The translations under genes were made by a program, and so were the position numbers. 64,000 nt of DNA from Gracilinanus agilis. Its lineage: Eukaryota. Below the pieces are notes generated by a model, which was not told the origin of the DNA, did no database searches, and saw only the letters and a program-made list of their open reading frames with translations. The stretch lies in contig NC_058130.1 in NCBI RefSeq assembly GCF_016433145.1, positions 382,426,952-382,490,951 on the forward strand, written 5' to 3'. This document shows positions 52,397-64,000 of this stretch, one piece after another (position 1 is the first letter of the stretch; every line of letters starts with the position of its first letter).

Positions 52397-54759
52397 GTCA
52401 GCATGTATTCACTTATATCTGTGGCTTCAGCCATCCCAAGAAGGTCTTAGAAAGTATGTACACCCATAGATAAGAGGGTTCCTCTCTCCTAGTCCTACCT
52501 ACCTCCTCACAGGATTATCATAAGGAGAGTACTACTCTACATAAAGATAGCTACTAATTGTCCAGAGATACAAATACGACACAAATAAGTCCCTGTAGGT
52601 AGACTTTGAGGTTGAATTTAATTCATTATTTGTTGAGCAACAAGAGAGTGTGTGGCCCTATGCTAAACTGTCAATTGTTCCAAACTCAGAATCCAAATGA
52701 ATCCTATCTTTAAGCTGTTTATAACTCAAGGAGTACAGAATAGAAAACAGACAAAAAACACAATTCTGATACATAGGAAATACAGTACGCAGGGTGAGAT
52801 GTCAGTACAAAAGTATTGAGAATAGTTTTGCGTGGTTGTGTGGCATTCTTATTGTCAATGATGCTGGAACTCACCCTTTCTTATAAAGCTTCTCCCATCA
52901 GAAATGAAGACTGATGTCCAATTATATGTTCCCGAGACAGAAACATTCTTTGAATTTCTAGTTGGGAAGTAAACTCTGTCAAGGAAAGACTTTAAGGCTT
53001 CCCAAGAATTCTGGCATCTCTTCTACATTGTATCCAGAAGACTCTATCTCTATCACCAAGGCTTTCATCTCTCCTTTTCTAAATCTCACTTGATCTCTAA
53101 TCTCTGACTTTTTGACCTTCTTGGACCCTTATTTTGCTTGGCCCCTTGGCTTCAGAGAGCTGCATGGCATCCATCTCCCTCTTGGCTCCAAAAGATAATG
53201 TCTTTCCCTACCAGAACATCCCCATACTGATCTCCCATTCACAATCACAGACACTCACTCAGCCAATCAGGAAACCTCCACATTTCCTTTGTTCTGACTT
53301 ACAATATTTCTTGAAGGATGAGCAGGATATGGCTACAGAGAGAGAAGGGGAAAAGTAGTTTTTTGTTTGATCTTCAAGATGACTAGAAACTTCCTGATTG
53401 ATGGTGGTTTGGAGATTATATTCTCATATTTGTACAAGTAATGGGGAAAGACTTGGAGACCACTCTAAAAGACTACAAGGTAGGTAGCAAATACTTAATT
53501 GATGACAAAATTTTTGGTTAATATGCTTTACAAATAACAAAAAATATTGCTGGGCAGTGCATATTATGGAAGAGCATCAATCTAGGGAAATGGAGCAAGA
53601 AAAGAAAGCATCTGATAGCCAGGGTAAGATCGTGGTACTGAGTTGGAAAATGTATGAGAAAGTAAATAGAACAGGGAGCCCCAACATGGCTACTTTGGAG
53701 GGATAGATATATCCTCTTTCTGCTGGGCAATAAGAATTAATTACCTTTTGTTTTGTTCCAATAAATGGAGATAGAGATGTTCTTTGGACTTCTGGTTCAG
53801 AACTAAAGTCTGTTAAGGAGAGTTTTTAAGGTAATTTGAACCTCATCAATTTTCCAAGAGTTCTGGCGCCTCCTCAACATTGTATCCAGAATCCAGAAGA
53901 CCTTGACACTATCTCCAGGGCTTAAATGTCTCTACTTTGAATTTGTGGTCATTGGTTTGATTCAGCAAAAGAAACATCATTCTGGACCCATGAGCAGTGG
54001 ATTTAAATAGATAATCCCCAACTATACCAGGGACATGGGAGGTAGCTGATAAAAGGCCACAAAGATAGCATCACTCATAGGAAGTATAATGACTTCCTCA
54101 CAGCTCCTCGCCACTTTCTTGACTGCATTCCAGCTCTGTCTGTCTGTTTCTGTATCTCTGTGAGTCTGTCTGTCTCTCCCCTCTGCTTTCTTTTGCCTTG
54201 GTGCCCAATCTCAAGTCACTCTATTCCCTTTTGCTTTCTGAATCTGGTCTCCTAAGACAGCTGCTTTAGAATTGCTTATTTTCCCCAGCAGCATTACATA
54301 TCCTTTTTTAAAATGTGCATCCTGAAAGCTGTAAAATAAGAATACAGGTTTCTGGGGAATGTGGATTCCAAAATTAAAACATTGTATACATTCCCTGACT
54401 CCATCCACAATATTTTTTAGCTAATTAGATATTTCCAATGTCTGCTTAAAGAGAAAAGAATAAAAAGGAGTTTTCTCAATAACCTCAAAAATATAGTCTA
54501 ACACCTCTCAACCATTAAATGAAGACAGATCTACCCATCACAGGCTCTGTGATTGGTTTTGTCTTTAAAAGACAGGATTACAAATGTAGGAGTTCCAAGG
54601 TAGATCAGAGATATGTTCCACCTTTGTGTTATTTGATCAGAAATCATTCTTTGCTAAAACGCTCTAAGATTTTTCATTTTTTCCTTGATTTTGTCCATAA
54701 AGAAAACATCTAAATATCAAAGCTTCTTCCCACAGGGTAATTTTTTGAAGATAACTAAA

Positions 54760-54960
54760 GGCAGCATGGTGCAATGGAGAGAGCACTGGATTTGGAGTCA
54801 GGTAGATCTAGGTTCAAATCCAGCCTCAGACACTAGCTTTGTGACCTCAAGCAAGTCATTTAATCTCTCTATGCCTCAGTTTCCTTATCTCCAAATGAGG
54901 GGCGGAGGTGAAATCAATGACCTCTATGATCTTTTCAAGCTTGAAAAATCTACAATCTCA
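54760..54960 (+). mobile_element. MIR
   Basis: ggcagcatggtgcaatggagagagcactggatttggagtcagg...gcctcagtttccttatct. Confidence 0.88.
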
Positions 54961-56179
54961 TAATCCTGTGAACTATTGAATCATAATGTGAAAGGGATCC
55001 TGTGGGTATCAGCATTTCCCCCTTCTTTTTTTTAAAAGAAAAGGGGGCAAAGAGAGGAAATGGTAAGGATAGGGTTGAGGATTTTAGAGAGGGCATTTCA
55101 ATAGCTTCCCCAGGTAGTCTATTTTACCATTTAATCAACCTCAGAGCCTAGAAATCATTTCTCATTTCCATCTTAAGTTTGTTTCTTTTGGTTTAGTTCT
55201 TTGTGGAAATGGAGGAAAAGCTGGTCAGCATCCCAAGACAAGAAGGGATTCATCACATCTCACCCTCTCAAGGGCTGGTTGCCTTTTGAGGGGTCCTCAG
55301 TGTTTTTCTGGCTCTATAGCACTCAGGGGGAGGAGAATATTTCCTGGTTTAAAAAGGACCTGGAATGCCATTCAGCTGCATTCCATGGGAAAGAATGAAA
55401 ACAGCCTCCCAGATTAAGTCACTTCCTACTTTAAATGAAAACATTTGGCATTTCACTTAAAGCCCAAGTAACTTTCCATTAATTTGGTTGAAACGTATAG
55501 TATACTTTACCTTTCCTCTAAACTTGCTTCTTTTTTCTGATGATTTATTTCTAAGAGGTTGGAAAGGGCCCAGAATCTGAGGCAGCCTTAGACAACAACC
55601 ATGTGATGAGCACGCCATCGGGATTGGGAAGAAAAAAAGTCCCTCTAACTTCAATATAATGAACATATATTAACTATCTACTATGTGCAAGGTATTGTGC
55701 TACTGGAGATACATGTAAGACAAAGATGAAAAATGACAGATGATATCCTCAAATATCTCACAATGTAATAAGCAGATATAAGATGCAAGTAATTGACCAT
55801 ACTGTGAGTTATTATTGAAGAGAAATCTAAATAAAGGACTTACCTAAAGATTCTGTTGGTCCAAAAGAGGGTGTTTATGGAGTGTCACCTTTAGAGCAGC
55901 TTGATGTAGATGATAGGGAGTTCTGGCCTTGGAGCTAGAAAGACTGTGATTCCTGCCCACCTTTTGGCAAAATATCTGTGTGTGTGGTCCTTTTTTAACC
56001 TCTTTCTCCCCACAGGCAGCTCTCTAAGAGTCTAAGCTGCAAGGAAACGACTAGATCTCTGTTTCAGGAACACTAATTTGGCAGTGGCATAAAGAATGAG
56101 TTGCATTTGGGAGAGGCTTAAGTCAAGGAAACCAACATAAGGAGACTTGAATCAGATAATAAATGTAAATTAGAAACTT

Positions 56180-56430
56180 TTGTTGCTGTTCAGTCATTTC
56201 AGTCATGTCTGACTCTTTGTGACCCCATTTGGAGATTTCTTGGAAAAGATACTGAAGGGAGATGCCATTTCCTTCTCCAGCTCACTTTATAGAGGAGGAA
56301 ACTGAGGCAAAATAGAGTTGTGACTTGTCTAAATCACATAACTAATAAGTGTTTGAAGTGAAATTTGAACTCAGGAATCTTCCTGATTCCTAGCCCAGTG
56401 TTCTATCTACTGCACCATCAAGCTGCCCTG
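56180..56430 (-). mobile_element. MAR1-like SINE
   Basis: ttcagtcatttcagtcatgtctgactctttgtgaccccatttgg. Confidence 0.88.
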
Positions 56431-56671
56431 TAGAAACCTTAATTTCCTATATATATTTCATTTTTTTCAGTGAGGAATGCATGCAGTAATATCCTTCACA
56501 AAGGGAAACTGTCCCTGACTGCTCTGTTTGTTAGAAAATTCTATCTAGTCTTCACCTAGAATCAGCCTGTATATCTTCTATCCATTGGCTATAGTCTCAC
56601 TTACTAAGTCAATGTAGAGCTGATCTATTTTACTCTGCCTTCTACCTGAGGGATAAATACCTTGGTCTAAT

Positions 56672-56830
56672 GCAAGGATGTCAAACTCAGGTTTCTGGGT
56701 ATACTCCAAACCAGATTGAAATATAATTGGAAAATGTTTAATGAAATCAATAAAGATAAACATAGGTGGTGATAATTTATGGTTTTCTATGTCATTATGT
56801 AGCCTATAGGATTTGCTTTTATTTTAATTT
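56672..56830 (-). mobile_element. Old hAT-like MITE fragment (relative of 25497 and 30587 copies)
   Basis: ggatgtcaaactc...aaccagattgaaatataattggaaaatgtttaatgaaat. Confidence 0.45.
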
Positions 56831-57680
56831 TTAATTGTTTTTCCAGGTTATATGTGGCTCAGTTTTCAAAAATCATTTTCTCTCATTTTATGTTCCATGT
56901 TCTTTCCCTCCCTCTTACACCTCCTCCTTCCCCAAGATGGCAGATAATATGATATAGTTTGTATGTGTGTTATTATACAATACATATTTCCATATTGTGA
57001 AAGAAGACACATATTGCTATAGTAGAGAAAAATTCATGGAGGAACTAAAGTGAAGAATAGCATGTTTCTATCTACATTCAGACTTTGACAATTCCTTCTA
57101 AAGCAGTGGGTAGCATTTTTCATCACAAGTTCCTTGGAGGTGTCCTGGATCCTTGAATTTCTGATAATAGTTCAATCATCTGCAGTTGATCATCACTCTT
57201 TATTGTTGCCACTATGTACAACATCCCCCTGGTTCTTCTCACTTCACTTTGTATCACACGTCACTTTTCAGATTACTTTATGATCATCTCGTTGGTCATT
57301 TCTTATAGCACAGTAGTATTCCATTACAACTGTATACCTTGACTTGGGCAGCCATTTCCCAACTAATGGACATCCCTTCAGTTTCCAGTTCTTTGCTACC
57401 ATTAAAAGGACTGCTCTAAATATTTTTATACAAGTAGGTTCTTTTCCCTTATCTTTGATCTCTTTAGGATACAGACCTAATAGTGGTATTTCTGGGTCAA
57501 AGAGTATGCAGTTTTTTAGCCCTTTGGTTATGGTTCCAAATTGGTCTCCAGAATGCTTATATCAGTTCATAGCTCTGCCAATAATGAGTATAATAATGTT
57601 CCAATTTTTCCATATCCCTTCTAAAATTTATTATTTTCCTTTTTTGTCATATTAGGCAGTCTAATAATTATGAGATGGCA
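56830..57680 (-). mobile_element. L1 3' end plus ORF2 C-terminus
   Basis: catttcttatagcacagtagtattccattacaac...cagccatttcccaactaatggacatccc. Confidence 0.88.
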
Positions 57681-57714
57681 AGAATCCATTTCTATTTGAG
57701 TTAGTCACCACTAT

Positions 57715-57910
57715 GCTAGTGGATAGGACATTCATTCATTGGCCTTGGAAGCAGAAGGACCAGGCAGGATTCAGATTCTACTTCGGACACTTAATAGTTT
57801 TGTGATCCTGAGCACTTTACTTACCCTCTTCATGTTTTGGTTTCTCTATTTGCAAAATGGCAGGGGGAGCTGTGCTTCATGGCCTCTGAGGTCTCTTCCA
57901 ACTTTAAATG
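57715..57910 (+). mobile_element. MIR/MAR-like SINE
   Basis: gctagtggatagg...ttggaagcagaaggacc...tctatttgcaaaatgg. Confidence 0.7.
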
Positions 57911-58254
57911 ATTTCAGATATTTGAAGAGCTGGAACTAAATTGATTTCTTCACTGTTTCTTCCCCACCCCCTAATTTCTACCTCATTTTTCAACCATTCC
58001 TCATGGGGCAGGGTTTCCAGACCCTTTACATGGTGGTAGTCTGGAAAAGGCAATATAGAGACTTGGTGAAAGGCGGGCTTCCTTCTCAGCAGCAGCTCCC
58101 TTTTTCTCACTTCATGAGCCCAAGGAGCCCCTGTGTTGAGAGTGGAGTGGAGATAGGGCTACTATGACATTAGGCAGGACAAAGTGATCTTTACTGGAAT
58201 TTCATCCAGTGCTGAGGCTAAAAGTAAGCAAAGAAGGCCCAGGGCGCAATGCAA

Positions 58255-58400
58255 TCAATGAATCAATCAGAAAGTACTGATGAAGTGCCTTCTATATGCC
58301 AGGCAGTGTTGTAAGCACTGAGGATAGAAATTAAAAGCAAAAATAATCTCTACTCTCAAGAATTTACTTTTTTAGAGTGAGGATGATATATACTTAAATA
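58255..58400 (-). mobile_element. L2 3' end
   Basis: aatcaatcagaaagtactgatgaagtgccttctatatgccaggcagtgttgtaagcactgagg. Confidence 0.7.
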
Positions 58401-58599
58401 GGTACATGTGTACAGAATAGAAGGAAGCTAACATTAGAAGAGAAAACACTAGGAAAAGAGGGGAGAACCAAGAAATTCACAGTCACTTTTTAGTAATGCA
58501 CATATTTTTAATATCAAAGTTTTGTCCTCTAGGGCACATTTGATTGTCATTATGTATGCTCTAGTATATGTGAGGTGACTGAAACAGGCATTATGAAAC

Positions 58600-58775
58600 A
58601 CCTAGAGCTTGGTCACCTACAGCCTAGGTGATCCACTGCATCCCAGGCCACTGCCAGTCATCTTGGCTTTTGTCCTGCCACTGGACTTCAATGACTCTGG
58701 AAGAGAGAATGAGACTGATGACTTGTGCAACTCTGGCTTACTTAAATTCAATTCTGGGATATCACTGGTCCTTTT
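58600..58775 (-). mobile_element. WALLSI1-like RTE-related marsupial SINE fragment
   Basis: ggccactgccagtcatcttggc...gccactggacttcaatgactctggaagagagaatgagactgatgac...cttaaattcaattc. Confidence 0.65.
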
Positions 58776-59689
58776 GAAAAGAAGAATCAACATGGATATA
58801 TGCTCTGGCCAAAGTATGAAATTCCCTGAAGGCGAGTAAAAGGGGAAATAATTTTTAAGCATAGAGTAGCCACATTTTTCAAACTTTCCTGATCTTGCCT
58901 CTGCTTTTTTCTTTTGAGGGTCTGAGGAAACTAGTCAGAAAGGCACCGTGACTTTAGCCAATCTACTTTATAGGTCAAACCTCTTTCACCCTGACATTGT
59001 AATATGCCTTTTTTTATGTGGCCCTTTTAGTACCTAGAGTGAGTGACAGCCAGGTGTCTCTGCAAAGGACATTTTGGTTCTAACCTACCTAAAGTGAGTT
59101 ATGCATCCCAGTGTTCACGGAAAGGTCTGTGATCACAATCTAACAAAAGCTCTCCTCCTGTTGAGACCATTCCTTGAGGAGTCTTCCATCAATTTCAACC
59201 TGACTGCTAGAATTATACAAGACAGTTTTATGGGGTATTTTTCTGACTGGTAAACTTTTTTCTCTCGCTCTTTTTTTTTTAATCTCACTGGTAAACGTTC
59301 TTTCTACAGCAGTCCATAAACGCCACCTTCAGGAAGAAAATGTTTTTTCTTTACCGAAATATAATTTCAGAGGAAAGGCAAGTGAAATTTCTCATCTTCC
59401 ATCAGTGTATCATCACATTGGTGTATTTTATTCTGCTGAGGGCAATCTGATATTTACATTTTTTGCTTCAAAAATAGACTTAGCAGGTCCTGAGAAAGAA
59501 AAAATTTCAGCAGAACTAGAACCTGAAAAATAAAGCTTATTGCACTTCTTTCTTTTCTGAAGGAATCAGGATGATTATGAAATGAAAATGGCTAGTGGTA
59601 CTTTAAATTGGTAGTGAGGATCACTCACCAAGGGGGATGGTTTTAGGATGAATGAAAGAGATTATCCTTTTGCTATTTGGACATAGTTA

Positions 59690-60365
59690 CCTTTTATAAT
59701 GTTGTTTTAAATTTTATTGATGCTATTTACTTCATTTTAAGTCACAGTGCTTTCTGGCCATACCATCCCCTACTTCCCCATAGAGTCTTCTCTTTTAACA
59801 AAGAAAAATAGTTAAATAAAAGCAATCAAACCAATGACTGCATCGGTTAATGTTTGCAACATTGCCCAACCATAGTCTCCCAATTCACTATCAAAAAGAG
59901 GCAAATACATTCCATCATCTGTGCTTCTTGATCCAGACTGGTCATGGCAGTTGTTTAGCTTCCTTTTGTTGTTATTGTTGTTCATTTTATAATAACCATA
60001 ATGGCACTTATACTGTACTTTAAGATTTGCAAAGCCACTTATATATGTTATCTCAAATGAGCCTCATAACAACCCTGTGAAGTAGGTGCAATTAGTAAAC
60101 CCATTTTACAGATAAGAAATTGAGACTAAGAGAAATTTAGTGGCCTGCTCAGTTAGTATCTTGGGCAGGATTCAAACTCAGACCTTCCTTACTCCAAGTC
60201 CAACTCTGTAGTCACTATGCCCATAAGCCAATGTAACCATTTTCCTGCTTCTACTTTCTTCACTATGCATCATTAATTTATACACATTTCCCTTTCCCCT
60301 GAATTCTTCATAGCTGGCATTTCTTATGGCACAGTGAGAATTTATTACATTCCTATTCATTGATC
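59690..60365 (-). mobile_element. Old L1 3' end with inserted MIR (~59995-60200)
   Basis: Antisense L1 UTR on both sides. The MIR reads atgttatctcaaatgagcctcataacaaccctgtga. Confidence 0.7.
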
Positions 60366-62597
60366 CATTTGGCCTCCATATTTCAAAGTCCCATGTGAAT
60401 TTGTGTAGATACTTATCTCACATTGTATTGTGGTTTACAACATAAAGCTGAACCTGAATCTTTTCCTGATTGCTTTTCTAAACAGGAAGAGATTATGGGG
60501 ATTATGGGTTCTTTGAAGCCTTCTAGTTCTGATTCTTTACAGTAAAACCTCACTGATAGAGACATCACTAATCTATTTGGAATTTGCAATAACTCCAACA
60601 GGGTTAGAATTTTTTTTCCTGCCTCTGAGGGAAAAGGGTTGGCTAATCAAGTCATCTTTGTGTATGAAGGAATACTTAGTTCACTCTGAGTGAAAGTATC
60701 ATGTCCGTTTCCAAACATTTATAAGAAAGGAGCATATTTTGAGGGCGAGCTTCAATAGTCCAGTACTAGATCTGGGTACAATGACAATTAGAAAAAAATG
60801 CAAAGCTGCAGCAACTGGAGCTTTGCCCCAGACTGCTAGATTTAGAGGGTACCTAGGATAGTTGTAGCATAGCAGCAGCAGAAGAGAAACAATAGAACTT
60901 AACACCTCCTTAACAATAACAATTTGTTACATAAGAATGTACTCACTGGAGGACTAGAGTGAGCTTTCCCTCTGCCCTTTGCTGTTCCTATCCCTAATAA
61001 GGCACCCTCTGCAGAAGTGGTCCAGGATCTCAGAAAAGTAAAATGTCATCCCCCAGATCGTATAGCCAACTAGTGACCTGGAAGAGAGCTTAGTCCCAGA
61101 CACTCTCCATACTATGTTGCCTTCCAGAGTATTTTGTAACATATTGGACTATAGAGGAATAATATTATACTTATGTAACATATTATCACATAACATTCTA
61201 TATTATATAGTATGCTTATATAATATAATAATATTATACTAATATTAATGAAAGGAGAATAACATAGGATCAAAGGACTGAGAACTGAAATAAGAATTAT
61301 AATATCAAGGAGATAGCACTTAGATAACACTTTGCAAGTTTAAGTGACTTAGTGTCACTTAAGTGACAGGGTCACATAGTTAATAAGTGTGTGCAGCAAA
61401 ATTTAAACTGGGGTCTTCCTGAATCCAATTCAGCTCTTTATTCACTATGCCTGCTAGCTGTCAAAAGAAACTTTAGAGGACATGATGTGGGCCAGGAGTT
61501 AGAAAATTCTGACCTGTCTTCTGTTTTCCTACAGCCAGGAGTTATGAAAATTTTTTACATTTTTAATTATTCTGTATTTAAAGTTTATTAAATAAACATT
61601 AGACATCGTATATTTTAAAGTGTAAAAACCTTTCTTAGGCACTGGATCATACAAAAACAGGATGCACAGAATATATTGAGACATAGCTACTTGATGTAGA
61701 CCATCCCTTTCATTCGATAGGGAAAGCAAGACTCAGAGAAGATGATTTGTCCAAGGTCATACAGTTGGTAAGTGTTGGGGTTGCGATCAGCTACCTAGTC
61801 CCTCGAATTCAAATCCAGAACTCTCTACGTTGCTCTCTTGCTTCTTCTCACTTACATAAAAAGGGCCATTGCCAACCTCCATCAGGCCAATGCTCCTACA
61901 GACTTGAGATGTGGCTAGATGAGTCATTAGGAGAATTTACTTTCCCTTTCCAAAAGAGGCAGTGATGGTGGTAAATTGGAGCATAGACCATTGAGATCAA
62001 ATGGATCAATGAGCAGAGAGACTATGTTTCAAATGCCTACATTTCTCCTTTTGAAATTTAGATGTGAGAGAATAAAATGGGACTGGCAGCAAAGAGAATT
62101 CTGAAAAGAGTAGCAGGAAATGCCCACAAGACTTCTTACATTTGGATTCTTAACCAAATATCCTTCATAAAAGTAGCAAAAGCATTTGGTGAATACACAT
62201 CCCATTTTATGCCTTGATTTTATGCTTAATGCTGATTCTGGCTCTGCATCAGGATGCAAAATACAATAAAAATAATTTAACTAATAATGAAGGATAAAAA
62301 GAATACAATTCCTAACATTATAAAGAAAGCAATTCAAATAAAATAGTTCTCCTCCTTTGCCTTTCCATTTGCCTTGGCAATTGGACATGCTACCATAGAT
62401 CAAAAAAGTATCCCCCAAAGGATAATGGGAATTCTGCTAAAACATCTAACACTAACTCTCTATAGTCTGGGTTGGGTTTGTTTTTTTATTTTTTTTATTT
62501 TATTTTATTTTTTGCCTCTCAACAAGTAAATCAAATGATTTCTCTGCCTTCTTAAAGAATCATCTCAGACTACATAAAACATGTACAGTTTCTACTA

Positions 62598-62804
62598 CAG
62601 GGGTCGGCAACATATGGTTCTCGAGCCATATCTGGCTCTTTTGAGGGCCAGATATGGCTCTTTCTGCAGGAGCCATAAAGTCAATTTATTTTCAGGCACT
62701 GTTACAGGAGCTCGCACTGTGAGCACTGTACGGCTCTCATGAAATCACATTTTAAAAAATGTGGCGTTTATGACTCTCACGGCCAAAAAGGTTGCCGACC
62801 CCTG
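62598..62804. mobile_element. hAT MITE, 207 bp (OposCharlie1/OC1-like, tentative)
   Basis: Perfect 14-bp TIR CAGGGGTCGGCAAC / GTTGCCGACCCCTG. The 8-bp TSD is TTCTACTA/CTCTACTA. Confidence 0.92.
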
Positions 62805-63234
62805 CTCTACTACAATATTGATGCTCATAAGATCATTGAACAAAGTTATCTCTGCAGATGCCTTCTCAAAGAATCGTGCATGATGCTAGTACCCGTATGG
62901 GAGACACCTTGTTGGAGGATAGCACTTTATACATTACACAAAGGTAGATTGTTCCAGGTCTCTACAGAGTGTCTAAAGAAACCTACCAACTTGGGTTTAA
63001 ATGTGACTTCCAAAAAAGTCTGAATTCGGGGAGGGTAGAGAAAGTTACTGGTACAGGGCTATTAATTTTGTGATCTTGGGATAGGTATTCTCCCCTCTCT
63101 GAAACTCATTTTCCTTATCTGTAAAACAAGAAGATAGAGCTAGACTATCTTTAAAGTCCCTTCCAAGTCTATTCTTGCTTAAGAAAATCCATTAATTTAT
63201 CAATTCATTCAAAAACATTGTCATAAGCAATTAT

Positions 63235-63620
63235 CTTTATACTGAAAAAGAACTGGAAATTTGAGAATGTCCACCACCTGGAGAATGGCTAAACAAGTTG
63301 TGGCATAGGATTGTGATGGAATACTACTGGGTCCTAAAAAATGATGAGCAAGTTAATTTGAAAAAAACATGGAAAGACCTACATGAAATTATGAAGAGCG
63401 AAACAAGCAGAATAAAGAGAACATTATATATAGCAATAGAAATACTGCTTGAAGAATAATTCATATACATCCACCTCCAGAGAAAGAACTGATAAATAGA
63501 AACAAGCAAGACATAATTTTATATATACGTATATCCTTTTGTCAAATGATTCCTTGTCTAGCGTGGAGAGGGGAGGAATTTTAATGTAACAAACAAATAA
63601 ATATAAAAAATTTTAAACCA
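63235..63620 (+). mobile_element. L1 3' fragment
   Basis: ggctaaacaagttgtggcatagg...catgaaattatgaagagcgaaac...ccacctccagagaaagaactgata. Confidence 0.85.
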
Positions 63621-63734
63621 TTAAATGTATGTTGTGTAGGAAACAATATATGAGGGATTAAGAGAGATTAAAAATCTAGATAAGATAGTGTCCAGACCTT
63701 CATTCAATTCAAAGAAGGAAGGAAACAAATATCA

Positions 63735-63990
63735 CATCTACTTTGTGCCTGGCACTGTACTAAAGCACTTAAAAAATATTATCTCATTTGAACCTCACAG
63801 CAACCCTGGCCTGTATTATTATTACTATACCCAGTTCTATAGCTAAGAAAACTAGGGCAGACAGAGTAAGTGACTTATCTAGGCAGGGTCACACAGCTAG
63901 TAGGTATCTGAGGGTCAAATCTACTTTAGTTCCAGTCCCAACACTATCCATTGTATCACCTCATTGCCTTGATTCAATAAACATTTATTA
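63735..63990 (-). mobile_element. MIR with L2-type end
   Basis: tgtgcctggcactgtactaaagc...atctcatttgaacctcacagcaaccct...gggtcacacagctagt. Confidence 0.75.
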
Positions 63991-64000
63991 AAGTTACCAT

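Noticed and set aside
61130-61260. AT-rich self-complementary stretch as a hairpin RNA or miRNA
   Set aside because: It is a low-complexity TA/TTA decay product, and its complementarity is trivial.

Overview
AT-rich, strongly CpG-depleted marsupial DNA, very probably a didelphid such as Monodelphis domestica, judged from SINE1_Mdo-like, MAR1-like and WALLSI-like SINEs, marsupial L1 3' ends and hAT MITEs. There is one 161-N assembly gap at 28271-28431. I find no intact protein-coding gene. Most of the window is interspersed repeat (L1, L2, L3/CR1, MIR, marsupial SINEs, LTR-like pieces, hAT MITEs), and nearly all supplied ORFs are noise or repeat relics. The main non-repeat object is a full-length, ~3.8 kb processed KRAB-C2H2 zinc-finger retrocopy on the minus strand (4210-8027). 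It has a 16-bp target-site duplication, AATAAA, a poly(A) remnant and fused exons. It also carries a 137-bp internal duplication whose two ends fall on predicted splice sites, so it appears to record an unusual chimeric or exon-repeated transcript. That duplication leaves a 126-aa KRAB-only ORF. Other points of interest are four hAT MITEs with 8-bp TSDs, a CpG-retaining candidate regulatory element (~39.5-40.3 kb), two local non-tandem duplications, a textbook mini-intron in an LTR-like segment and a (TG)21/(CA)19 inverted pair. Repeat family names are from memory of consensus sequences, and repeat boundaries without TSDs are approximate.
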